Below, piece after piece: positions 46,769-55,634 of a stretch of DNA of 64,000 nt. Under the pieces are notes generated by a model, which worked only from the letters and a program-made list of their open reading frames with translations, was not told the origin of the DNA and made no database searches. A program made the translations under genes and the position numbers. Every line of letters begins with the position of its first letter. The first letter of the stretch is position 1. The stretch comes from a virus. Location of the stretch: positions 1 through 64,000 of the IMG/VR virus record IMGVR_UViG_3300042691_053485; one strand, given 5' to 3'.

Positions 46769-47632
46769 ATGGATATAAATAACCTTAACGAAATAATGAA
46801 GAAGCGTTTGGATGAAGGCTTCTTTGGGAACATACAAGAGGAAGATGAGTTTGATATAAAATCAAAGCTCACAGGTCTTCTAAAATCCGGAACACCGGAT
46901 AATATTGAACTTGCCATCATGATAGCACAGGGTCAGGAGTTTGATATTAATGACTTGGTAGAAGAGCTTTTTGATTTGAATTTTTGGATAGATAATCTCA
47001 AACGCATTCCCCAGACAAGCAAGTCCGAAGCTCTCAGTTTTTTGCTTGCACAAACTGCGATTGACCTTTCCAACAAAGGATTGCCAGCACTTCCTGAATC
47101 CATCGGCAACTTGCAGAATTTGGAATGGTTGAATTTAGATGGAAACAACTTGAGCAGTCTACCCGAATCCATTGGCAATTTGCATAATTTGAAATGGTTG
47201 GGTTTGAATGAGAATGACCTGCACAGACTTCCTGAATCCATCGGCAACTTACAGAATTTGGAATGGTTGGGTTTGTCTAACAGCAACCTGAGTAACCTGC
47301 CTGAATCAATCAGCAACTTGCAGAATTTAAAAAAGTTGTGGTTGGCTGGCAACAACTTGAATAGCCTGCCTGAAAGCATTGGAAATTTGCAGAATTTGGA
47401 AATGTTGGATTTAGGCCGCAATAACCTGAATAGCCTACCTGAAAGCATTGGAAATTTGCAGAATTTGGAAAAGTTGTGGTTGGAATCTAACAATTTAAGA
47501 AGTGTTCCTGAATCATTATACCTATTAAGGGGGTTGAACCGTTTAAACACAAGTGAAAACCCATTGCCTGAAGAAATTCAAGCCTCAATAAAGAAATTTT
47601 GCATTTACACCTCAATTGCACACGACCTATAG
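46769..47632 (+). CDS. Leucine-rich repeat protein (LRR paralog 9, about 7 repeats)
   Basis: Start MDINNLNE at 46769; same cap; 23-aa repeats. Confidence 0.95.
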   Translation: MDINNLNEIMKKRLDEGFFGNIQEEDEFDIKSKLTGLLKSGTPDNIELAIMIAQGQEFDINDLVEELFDLNFWIDNLKRIPQTSKSEALSFLLAQTAIDLSNKGLPALPESIGNLQNLEWLNLDGNNLSSLPESIGNLHNLKWLGLNENDLHRLPESIGNLQNLEWLGLSNSNLSNLPESISNLQNLKKLWLAGNNLNSLPESIGNLQNLEMLDLGRNNLNSLPESIGNLQNLEKLWLESNNLRSVPESLYLLRGLNRLNTSENPLPEEIQASIKKFCIYTSIAHDL

Positions 47633-48454
47633 ATGAAAACCTTTATAAGAAAAATATTAAGAGAACAAAGTGAACTTCCATTGGATTCTAAGTTTCAAAA
47701 GTGGTTTAATGGAAGTAAAATAACCACTGAATCAGGAACTCCTATGATATGTTATCATGGTACAAATGACCCTAACATAAAAGTTTTTGATTTGTCAAAA
47801 ATTGGGGCACATTCAGGCAATTATGGACATTATGGATATGGATTTTACTTTTCGGAAGATAAAGGGGAGGCAATGACTTATGGGAATGTAGTTTACGAAT
47901 GTTTCATAAGAATTATCAATCCATTCATTGGAAGTAAAGAGCAAATCATTGAACTTAAAAACGCAGGAGTCAGCGGAATCGATGATTTGGAGATTTTGTC
48001 AATAGATTTTCAAAGTTTCAAAAATTCACTAAGAGTAATTCCAATTTTATACAGTTTTGTTGAAGCATTCCAAAAGGAGGGTATGGAGGCAGCATGGGAT
48101 ATGTATCACCAATCCCAACATGATAATTTAGCTGACAAAGTGCAGATGGTTTCGGATATCCTTGAATTTACAACGTTTAATAAAAATGTTGATGGAGTTC
48201 CACAATATATTTTAGATAACATAGAGGCACTAGGAATTTCCCCTAAACTTAATAAGGGGCTGTCCTATGACCATCCATTACACTTTATAACAGATTTGGG
48301 TAGTAGAAGCAAAGAAATTACGGAGGTTATAAAGAAATTAGGGTATGACGGTGTCCATTATGGTTCAGAAATTGTTCCATTTTACCCCAACCAAATAAAG
48401 TCAATTCATAATGATGGGACTTGGAACTTACATGACAATAATATTTATTCTTAG
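47633..48454 (+). CDS. ADP-ribosyltransferase-like protein (ART-PolyVal-like) with helical insertion
   Basis: CYHGT, GYGFYFS, YECFIRIINP, GYDG, EIVPFYPNQIKSIHNDGTW; paralog of 41257. Confidence 0.75.
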   Translation: MKTFIRKILREQSELPLDSKFQKWFNGSKITTESGTPMICYHGTNDPNIKVFDLSKIGAHSGNYGHYGYGFYFSEDKGEAMTYGNVVYECFIRIINPFIGSKEQIIELKNAGVSGIDDLEILSIDFQSFKNSLRVIPILYSFVEAFQKEGMEAAWDMYHQSQHDNLADKVQMVSDILEFTTFNKNVDGVPQYILDNIEALGISPKLNKGLSYDHPLHFITDLGSRSKEITEVIKKLGYDGVHYGSEIVPFYPNQIKSIHNDGTWNLHDNNIYS

Positions 48455-48574
48455 ATAGAATTCAATGAAAATAATTTGTCTCCTGAAAATGAGCAAGAGC
48501 TTATTAGATATGGTGAAGCGAATAACATTGATTGGAATACTTAATGTTAAATGATATATTTATAAACAAAAGAA

Positions 48575-50008
48575 ATGTACTGGCGCACCTATTTTGATAA
48601 AGATACAGTTATAATAAAAGATTCAACCGTTAATCTAGGTAAGAATCCCGTTACCGAACTCTTTTATGGTGGGACTTATGAAGCCCCGACTTATTCAAGA
48701 TATCTTTTCCACTTTCCAATTGAAAAGCTCAGGGAGTTGTATTCAGATTGCCAACTTGGAGACTTATCAAGAGTAAATCATACATTAGTGCTTAAACCAA
48801 CCCGATATTTCGGGTCTATTGACAAGACAACTGAATGTCTTGCAACAGCCTATGATTTGTGCTTATTTCGCACAAGGCAGGAGTGGTTGGAGGGATGTGG
48901 CTATGATTTTGAATGTAATGAAGGTTGCAATGGTTATGTTAGCCCGAATTGCAATACGTCTTTTGGGGAAGCAAACTGGTTTTACGCAAAACCTGATGAA
49001 AGATGGGAGATTGATGGAGTCTATGATGCTTTTTCCGCAGAAACAATGATAATTACTGGGGATACATATTTTTCCGGCGAACCAATATATTTGGCTTGTA
49101 AAGCTGAGGCATGCGATGACTGCCTATTTAAACTTGACATGACGGAACTTGTTAACCAATTAATAACCGGAGATACACCAAATTATGGTTTTGGACTGGC
49201 ATTTAACAATAGTTATGAATTAAATCCCAAAGGAGTTACCAAATACTTAGGATTTTACAGTTCTCAAACCACAAACTTTTTTAAGCCTTTCATTGAAACT
49301 ACATATTTCAATCCAATTTTGGATGACAGGCATGAATTTTATACCGAAAAGGAAAATTGGCTTTACCTCTATGTAAATGTTAAGGGTGAGCCAACAAATT
49401 TGGATGAAAATCCTATCGTTACGATTTATGATGAGTTTGATACAGTTTATACCACTGTCACAGGCGAATGTGTAACAAAAGGAGTTTATGGAATTTCATT
49501 GGAAGTTTCTCCAACCGGAGAAACTTCTGAATGTGCAGTTTGGAGAGATGTTTGGTCAAATATCAAAATAAATGGTAGAGTATTAAAAGATGCTGAACAG
49601 GAATTTCAAGTGAAATCTAGTGATTCATACTATCAAATCGGAACCCAAACTTATTCACCTAAAGAATTCGGGTTTAGATATCGTGGAGTAAAAAGAGAGG
49701 AAAAAATCAGAAGGGGTGATATTCGAAAGGTTGTAGTTGAAGTGTTTGAGGCATATAAACACAACAAAAAAGTTGTTATTGATAATCTGTATTATAGATT
49801 ATACGTGAAAGAGGGTAGTGAGCAGCTTGATGTAATTCCTTGGACACCTGTTAATATAGGTGCTTGCGAAAATTACATCTACCTTTATAGCGAATGGTTG
49901 ATACCACAGATATATTACATCGATTTTAAAGCAGTATCAAATCAAGAGGAAAGAACATATCCTAACGAAATTAAATTTATCATATTAGACGACAACGCAG
50001 TATGTTAA
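48575..50008 (+). CDS. Cys-rich putative virion structural protein
   Basis: TATTTATA at 48557-48564; beta-rich; NPVTELFYG, SRYLFHF. Confidence 0.65.
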   Translation: MYWRTYFDKDTVIIKDSTVNLGKNPVTELFYGGTYEAPTYSRYLFHFPIEKLRELYSDCQLGDLSRVNHTLVLKPTRYFGSIDKTTECLATAYDLCLFRTRQEWLEGCGYDFECNEGCNGYVSPNCNTSFGEANWFYAKPDERWEIDGVYDAFSAETMIITGDTYFSGEPIYLACKAEACDDCLFKLDMTELVNQLITGDTPNYGFGLAFNNSYELNPKGVTKYLGFYSSQTTNFFKPFIETTYFNPILDDRHEFYTEKENWLYLYVNVKGEPTNLDENPIVTIYDEFDTVYTTVTGECVTKGVYGISLEVSPTGETSECAVWRDVWSNIKINGRVLKDAEQEFQVKSSDSYYQIGTQTYSPKEFGFRYRGVKREEKIRRGDIRKVVVEVFEAYKHNKKVVIDNLYYRLYVKEGSEQLDVIPWTPVNIGACENYIYLYSEWLIPQIYYIDFKAVSNQEERTYPNEIKFIILDDNAVC

Positions 50009-50904
50009 AGAAGCTTATTGTGTCAGAATCCATTTTTGACAAATTACAGTACCGCCAAGGAGATTTTAAATTTTCATCTGAAATTCAGGAGATTTCTAAC
50101 GAAATCAAAGAGTTTCTTTTGGAGGTTTCAAAATCTCCTGAACTATTTGAAAAACTTCGTAAGAATGGATGTGTCCACATAGGAAAAGAATTTATCGCCA
50201 TCAGATTTAATTTTGATAACTGCATTCTTTTAGATTCTTTTGATGGGGAATTTCTTTTGGGATTTTCAACTTCTTTGGGGGCTAAAACCCACCAAGGCAG
50301 AAAAGGATTCTTTTATCACAATCCAACTACTGAATCATGCCACATCAATCTTGTTATCAACCATCAATTTTCCAACGAAGAATTGATAAGTGAGTTAGCA
50401 GCAATATTTGATATGCGGAGGAAGACTTTCGCCCACGAATTCGCCCACTATTTAGACCACAATAAAAGTAGTGGTAAATTTGCTCAAGGATATGATGACA
50501 ATATAAAAAATCCGGAATATTCGAAACAGCAAGCTGAAGTAAATGCAATCTTCAAACAAGTTACATCTGAATTTTACAGCGATTTCAAAAGTGAATATGA
50601 ATCTCATTTGAAGTCTTGGAATGAGAATTCTAATAGCATCATCCAAGATATGATTGACATTGATGATGTAGAGGAAGGATTGAGTGAGCAACAATATTTT
50701 GACTTATATTTGACAGAGTTGTGGGTGCATAGTTCTGTCTGCAATATTGATTATCATTTAAACTTGATTTTAGACGATATTATTGTAAAGACGGGCGAAT
50801 TGTCACCGAGTCAGAAAAAACATCTCACAGGCAGAATCTATGTCTTCCTGAACAACATAAATGACCAGTTCGGAATCAATTGTAAATTGAAGATGAAATA
50901 TTAG
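50002..50904 (+). CDS. HExxH metallopeptidase-like protein
   Basis: TFAHEFAHYLDH followed by AEVNA; leader MLKKLIVSE. Confidence 0.65.
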   Translation: MLKKLIVSESIFDKLQYRQGDFKFSSEIQEISNEIKEFLLEVSKSPELFEKLRKNGCVHIGKEFIAIRFNFDNCILLDSFDGEFLLGFSTSLGAKTHQGRKGFFYHNPTTESCHINLVINHQFSNEELISELAAIFDMRRKTFAHEFAHYLDHNKSSGKFAQGYDDNIKNPEYSKQQAEVNAIFKQVTSEFYSDFKSEYESHLKSWNENSNSIIQDMIDIDDVEEGLSEQQYFDLYLTELWVHSSVCNIDYHLNLILDDIIVKTGELSPSQKKHLTGRIYVFLNNINDQFGINCKLKMKY

Positions 50905-51389
50905 CCAATAAAGTCCAATAAATATTCTTTATCAGGATTATCATTTAGGACGCAGATAAATCCTAAATCACTATATTTTGTTGTGAAATCAGGCTCATGA
51001 GTTAGCTTACTGTGCATTTTGGGGATTTCCAAATCGTTTTGCATTCTGCCTTTGCCTGCATAAAAATGACCGTAGGTGTAAACAATTGCCTTCATAATCT
51101 TATATCCAAGACCTAAACCTTGCAAGCTGTTCGCAATATTAATATGTAATTGGTACAGAGTGTCCGCAATTACTTGGATGGAAACCGCAAGACCACTTTG
51201 GATGTTTACTCCACTAGGCAGGGGGGGGGTATCGATTGACAGCTGAATTGGAGACTCTTCATTTACTTGGTCAATAATTAGGTCTTCCCAAGAAATATTC
51301 CTAAGAAATTCTCTATCTTCATTAGAAATTTGAACTTCTTTTGAAATCGCTATTGCTTCATTTAGTAATTTTCGGATTATTGCCTTCAT
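50901..51389 (-). CDS. GNAT-like protein
   Basis: Start MKAIIRKLLNE below TATTTATA 51395-51402; acetyl-CoA-binding-like LHINIANSLQGLGLGYKI. Confidence 0.55.
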   Translation of the reverse strand: MKAIIRKLLNEAIAISKEVQISNEDREFLRNISWEDLIIDQVNEESPIQLSIDTPPLPSGVNIQSGLAVSIQVIADTLYQLHINIANSLQGLGLGYKIMKAIVYTYGHFYAGKGRMQNDLEIPKMHSKLTHEPDFTTKYSDLGFICVLNDNPDKEYLLDFIG

Positions 51390-51402
51390 TTTAATATAAA
51401 TA

Positions 51403-52629
51403 TTAGCCAAGCCTTATATCTTTGTTCAGCAAGTTTTCAATATTATAGTTTAACAGGTCTTGAAGTATCTTATCTTTTACGGACGGCATCCCGTGATAGC
51501 CATGCACATGAAATGCAATACTCTTTCGCACCAAATCTAAAAACTCTGCAAGAATATCCCCCTTAACCATTGGATGTGCGGTTGAATTGATTTCGATTTG
51601 GGTGTCTGCACTGATATTTTCGGTCGGGTCACAAAGATTATAGTTCTTTTCAGATTTGTGTGATAGCAAGTTTATTTTTTCTGCAACTATATTGATAACA
51701 CTACCTGCAAATTGGTCAAATGAATTCTTCTCTACAACCTGTACTTCTTTTTTTATAAATGTTTGGTTGTTTGGGAATAATTTCGGGAATGAGGATAACT
51801 CAGGTTCAACTGTTGATAGTTCCCACTTTGGATATATGGATTGGAACTCTCTAATTTTTGCCTTTGCTTCAGTTATTAGGTTGGCTCGCTTATCGAAAGA
51901 TTTGGAAAAACTCTCAAGAATTGTATTATCTCTATTCCCTGTTACCTTTATACTCAATCGGTTTTTGGTGTCTGTTACCACTGTTATTAACTGTTCCGCA
52001 GGGATGTTTACAACTTCGGTAACTATCTTTTTTTTACCTTCTTTTGAAGCATTATTTATTCCATGGCGAAGTTGGATATAGGCAGGGTCTTTTCTATTGA
52101 ATTCAGTCAATGTTTCTTTTGAATGTCTGCCACTTCTTATGAGAACTTCTGAATCCCTCATTTGAATGTCAGTATTCTTTCGCCCCAATATGGCAATAAC
52201 ATCCTTTTCAGGGTATGTACCCTTAGCATCAGGTATTTCGGAAATTGGATTGTCCCTATTCAGCCATGAATCACTTTCATTAGATGCAGCAGAATAGTGG
52301 TATGGGTCATATTCAATATTTTGGGGCTGTGATATGGTTGTTGAGAGATAATATCTCTTCTCTTGGTTAAGATTTTTATCACCTCGGTAAAGCCTATCAA
52401 GGAAAATCATTACTCGTTCCCCAACCTTCGGTACGAAGTGGAAGAATGGCGGGAACATTGGGTAACATTCAGGTAAATCTGAATTGTTTTCCACCTTTGA
52501 ATCTAACTCATAAACTCGAACTTTAATCATTCTTGATTCAAATCTATCTTCAATGCTCACGACTTCACCAAAAAATACGTTTTTTGTTGAAAGCTTTTCT
52601 GAAATGGTACTACTAAAGTCGGGTTTCAT
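51403..52629 (-). CDS. Baseplate hub/spike protein, gp5/VgrG OB-fold-like
   Basis: FGEVVSIED...IKVRV...PKVGERVMI; C-terminal PMVKGD...HVHGYHG. Confidence 0.75.
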   Translation of the reverse strand: MKPDFSSTISEKLSTKNVFFGEVVSIEDRFESRMIKVRVYELDSKVENNSDLPECYPMFPPFFHFVPKVGERVMIFLDRLYRGDKNLNQEKRYYLSTTISQPQNIEYDPYHYSAASNESDSWLNRDNPISEIPDAKGTYPEKDVIAILGRKNTDIQMRDSEVLIRSGRHSKETLTEFNRKDPAYIQLRHGINNASKEGKKKIVTEVVNIPAEQLITVVTDTKNRLSIKVTGNRDNTILESFSKSFDKRANLITEAKAKIREFQSIYPKWELSTVEPELSSFPKLFPNNQTFIKKEVQVVEKNSFDQFAGSVINIVAEKINLLSHKSEKNYNLCDPTENISADTQIEINSTAHPMVKGDILAEFLDLVRKSIAFHVHGYHGMPSVKDKILQDLLNYNIENLLNKDIRLG

Positions 52630-52631
52630 AA

Positions 52632-53033
52632 TTATTGTAAAATTGCTGTGCCGATTGCAATTGAAGTTGTTACACCTTGGGTTACAACCGGACCTGTAGG
52701 TCCGGTACCTGTTGAAGCAACAGGTATACCCGGCGGCAAAACAATTGTAAATCTAGCATTTTCAAGAAGATGTTTCACAATCACCTCCATTCTAATTCTC
52801 TCCATTTTTTCGGTGATACTATCACTTCCATCAGGTAACGGTCCGATGACTGCACCTGCTTCTTGCATCCTAATAATAACTTCTTTAGCCATATCTCTTG
52901 CAGATAAACCGCTTCTTTGGAAGCCCCCCGAAAGAATGAGTGGTGGTGCAACAGGTGGTGCAGGAACTTTATTTATGGCTATGACACCTTGTAGGATATT
53001 TAAGACCTGTTCAATATTTAATTCGACTTCCAT
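52632..53033 (-). CDS. Conserved phage baseplate-region hypothetical protein
   Basis: PPLILSGG..RSGLSAR, EAGA..GPLPDG; next to the gp5-like gene. Confidence 0.65.
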   Translation of the reverse strand: MEVELNIEQVLNILQGVIAINKVPAPPVAPPLILSGGFQRSGLSARDMAKEVIIRMQEAGAVIGPLPDGSDSITEKMERIRMEVIVKHLLENARFTIVLPPGIPVASTGTGPTGPVVTQGVTTSIAIGTAILQ

Positions 53034-53034
53034 A

Positions 53035-54432
53035 TTAAGTAAACGAGTTAATAAGCCGTCTAAGCTCTTCAGGTATTGGTAGCAATGATAATGTCACCAT
53101 TTTTGTTTGCTTTATAACTTCTGCCCCCTTTGCAAGTTTATCGGCAATAATAAGTTCAGTCAGGTATTGTATAACCAACTTCAAGAGAAAATTATTTATC
53201 AAAGGAAGTATAGCTTTCCTCACCATATCAATAACTGTTTGTCGGTTTTCCAACAAGAAATCTTCAAAAGTTTTAAATCCGATAGAATTACTTACAACCT
53301 TGAAATAAGTTACAAACATCATCATAAGTTTAGGGGCAAAAAGTACATTCGCCAACGCCTTTATTATACCTTTGATAAGAGTCTCAAAAAATATCCAAAT
53401 TCCAAATCGTCGATTTTCTTCAGATAGACCATCAGTTGCTTGATTTGATAAAATTGTAAGCTGATTTGTCAAGATGTCGCGTATCTCGATTAGGGTTGAA
53501 GCCTCGACTAATTGGGTATTGGTATCAATCAAGTCGGCAATTTGAATACGACTTTCTGCATCCCCACAATCTGATACTATTCGGTATCCCGAAGTCAATT
53601 CACTCACTCTTCTGTTGAAATAATCAATATCTTCATTTGAAAATGAGTAATATGAGTCATCTATAACCCTATCTGGCAAGCTAATAATCTTTTCAACAAG
53701 CAAATCTAATGTTACCTCATTTGAAATCTGGTTAGATTTTTTACCAAGCGCACTTGAAATTGTACCAAATGTTAGGTCGAAAATCTTGTTGACAAGATTT
53801 GGGATAGTGAAGATTATAACTTTGTCAATAAAGTTATTGATAAAGTCATTTACTGTTTTACCTGTCCAAGAAGAGTGGATTTTTACATTGAAAACATTAG
53901 ACCTCATTTCTCCTTCAACAACTGCACTCTGCAAATATGTCACAACAATTAAGTCCTTCCATGAACCGCTATTGCCTTGCAAAACTGCATATAGATACGC
54001 ATTTAAATCTTGGTCGATGTTCCCATAAATAAGTTCACCTGCAACAGTTTCAGGGTCAACTTTCAAAATGTCGAAAAAGTCTATCTGTTTTACCCCAACA
54101 TTAAACCCTGCGCCTAAGCCATCAATTAGAAAATCAGGAATTGTAGCATCAATTGAACAAGAAAATTTGCTTTTGAGGATTGCTTTAAGGGCTGATTTAA
54201 TTGAAGCTTCTATAGAGTTTGTTTGGTATGTCAAAAAGCGTATCAACTCCTCCTTTAACTGCTCAAAACCAATTAGATTTTTTATAAGGTCTATCAAGAA
54301 GTTTAATGCGTTTCCTGTATTATCCAATGACGGAAAAGAGTTCCCCAAATTTAATTCGGGAAACCCTGTATTCAAACTCCTTAGAGCCGCAATTTCATTA
54401 AGGAGGTTTAATTTTCCGTCAAAAATACTCAT
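53035..54432 (-). CDS. Hypothetical protein (helical, baseplate region)
   Basis: 465-aa ORF in operon. Confidence 0.7.
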   Translation of the reverse strand: MSIFDGKLNLLNEIAALRSLNTGFPELNLGNSFPSLDNTGNALNFLIDLIKNLIGFEQLKEELIRFLTYQTNSIEASIKSALKAILKSKFSCSIDATIPDFLIDGLGAGFNVGVKQIDFFDILKVDPETVAGELIYGNIDQDLNAYLYAVLQGNSGSWKDLIVVTYLQSAVVEGEMRSNVFNVKIHSSWTGKTVNDFINNFIDKVIIFTIPNLVNKIFDLTFGTISSALGKKSNQISNEVTLDLLVEKIISLPDRVIDDSYYSFSNEDIDYFNRRVSELTSGYRIVSDCGDAESRIQIADLIDTNTQLVEASTLIEIRDILTNQLTILSNQATDGLSEENRRFGIWIFFETLIKGIIKALANVLFAPKLMMMFVTYFKVVSNSIGFKTFEDFLLENRQTVIDMVRKAILPLINNFLLKLVIQYLTELIIADKLAKGAEVIKQTKMVTLSLLPIPEELRRLINSFT

Positions 54433-54824
54433 CGTAGGTCGTAAGTGTTTTGCTTTTTGGCTTCTTCAAGAACTGAGGCTCTGAGGTTTTTAATCTCTTC
54501 GCTTGAAAGCTTTCTTGTTTCTGCTTTAACATCTGAATCTTCAGCCTCTTCTTTCGCAGCTTGGAATCCAACCAACACCTTCGAATGAATTTGCAGTAGT
54601 TTTATCCTTTTGTCAATTACCTCATTCAGGATTTTTTTACTGTCATTTAACACTCGTTCAATATTCAATGAATCCTCTAAGTCTGTTGCTTGTGTTTTTA
54701 ATTTTTCGATTGCGGTCAATTGCGTAAGAAGGCTTATTTTTTGAGATTCACAATCTTTATAAGCTTCGTGCATAGAATCAAAAAGGCTGTCAACCTCAAG
54801 TTTAAGTTTGCTTCTTTTTGCCAT
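54429..54824 (-). CDS. Hypothetical coiled-coil protein
   Basis: 131 aa; TATTTATA at 54835-54842 on the minus strand. Confidence 0.65.
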   Translation of the reverse strand: MAKRSKLKLEVDSLFDSMHEAYKDCESQKISLLTQLTAIEKLKTQATDLEDSLNIERVLNDSKKILNEVIDKRIKLLQIHSKVLVGFQAAKEEAEDSDVKAETRKLSSEEIKNLRASVLEEAKKQNTYDLR

Positions 54825-54842
54825 AAGGTTTTCCTATAAATA

Positions 54843-55634
54843 TTAGGATTTCAATTTTTTATTTGGCAATTCTGACTTATTTTTAGATGGAGTATAGTCC
54901 CCATCGCTATTCTTGATTAGACGCTCCTGCTTCTTTTTAAAGTATAAGAGCTTAAACTTCTTCATATTACTACGAATATCCTTGGTACTCAGGTTTGTTA
55001 AAGACCTTAAACACTCATAAATTTGATTTTTATTATATTTGCTACCACCATCTTCAAAGAATGACTCCCAATTTTTCATTACTTGGACTATTGCATTTCC
55101 GACCTTCAATTCGTTTGGCTTGAACTTTTTTGCTGTTTCTTGACTGCTAATTGTCGCGTCAAGAAATGTCGCAAATTCCACAAAAAAATCGGTTGAAAAA
55201 TCAGGTTCTTCATCAATAGTATATGAATATTTCTCATTTTCGATGATTGTTGGAAGGATAACATCATAATTTTCCTTTTTACCAACCTCCTTAGATTCTT
55301 TTATTCTCAAGGAGAGCATCCTATTTTTTATAATAGTGCCATAGTATGAGAAGCCTTTTTTACCAAGACTTGGGTCAAACAAGTGTGCTTTGGTATGTAG
55401 GAAACTGAGTGTGTCGTTTATCATCTCCTCATAAGAAAGTTCCTTACTATGGAGTTGATATCTATTCATGATACTCTCTGCCATCTTATACAATGGGTCT
55501 TTTAAGTGGATTTCATAGATGCGGTTTTTTTCAACCGCATCCTCCATCTGTAGGTATTCTACAAGTGCAAGCTCTTCAGCTTCATCAAAATAACGTGGAT
55601 TTTTTCTTTTACGCCCCCTCTTGTTCATTCTCAA
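54843..55634 (-). CDS. Phage sigma-70-like factor (candidate late sigma)
   Basis: Region 2-like FLHTKAHLFDPSLGKKGFSYYGTIIKN (cf. FDPxRGxKFSTYA). Confidence 0.65.
   Translation of the reverse strand: MRMNKRGRKRKNPRYFDEAEELALVEYLQMEDAVEKNRIYEIHLKDPLYKMAESIMNRYQLHSKELSYEEMINDTLSFLHTKAHLFDPSLGKKGFSYYGTIIKNRMLSLRIKESKEVGKKENYDVILPTIIENEKYSYTIDEEPDFSTDFFVEFATFLDATISSQETAKKFKPNELKVGNAIVQVMKNWESFFEDGGSKYNKNQIYECLRSLTNLSTKDIRSNMKKFKLLYFKKKQERLIKNSDGDYTPSKNKSELPNKKLKS

Noticed and set aside
3829-47500. CRISPR array
   Set aside because: The repeats are in-frame 69-bp coding units with short variable parts, not repeat-spacer units, and no cas genes are present.
3681-47550. Long antisense or shifted ORFs with FCKLPMDSGRLLRLL or LQILQVADGFRK repeats (e.g. 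3957..4550, 6468..6848, 44078..44521, 45168..45968, 46933..47550)
   Set aside because: They are shadow frames of the stop-poor 69-bp LRR repeats, with no independent start signals or composition.
48455-48545. Short open stretch after ART 47633 (..NEQELIRYGEANNIDWNT)
   Set aside because: It is under 35 codons with no clear start; at most a gene remnant.
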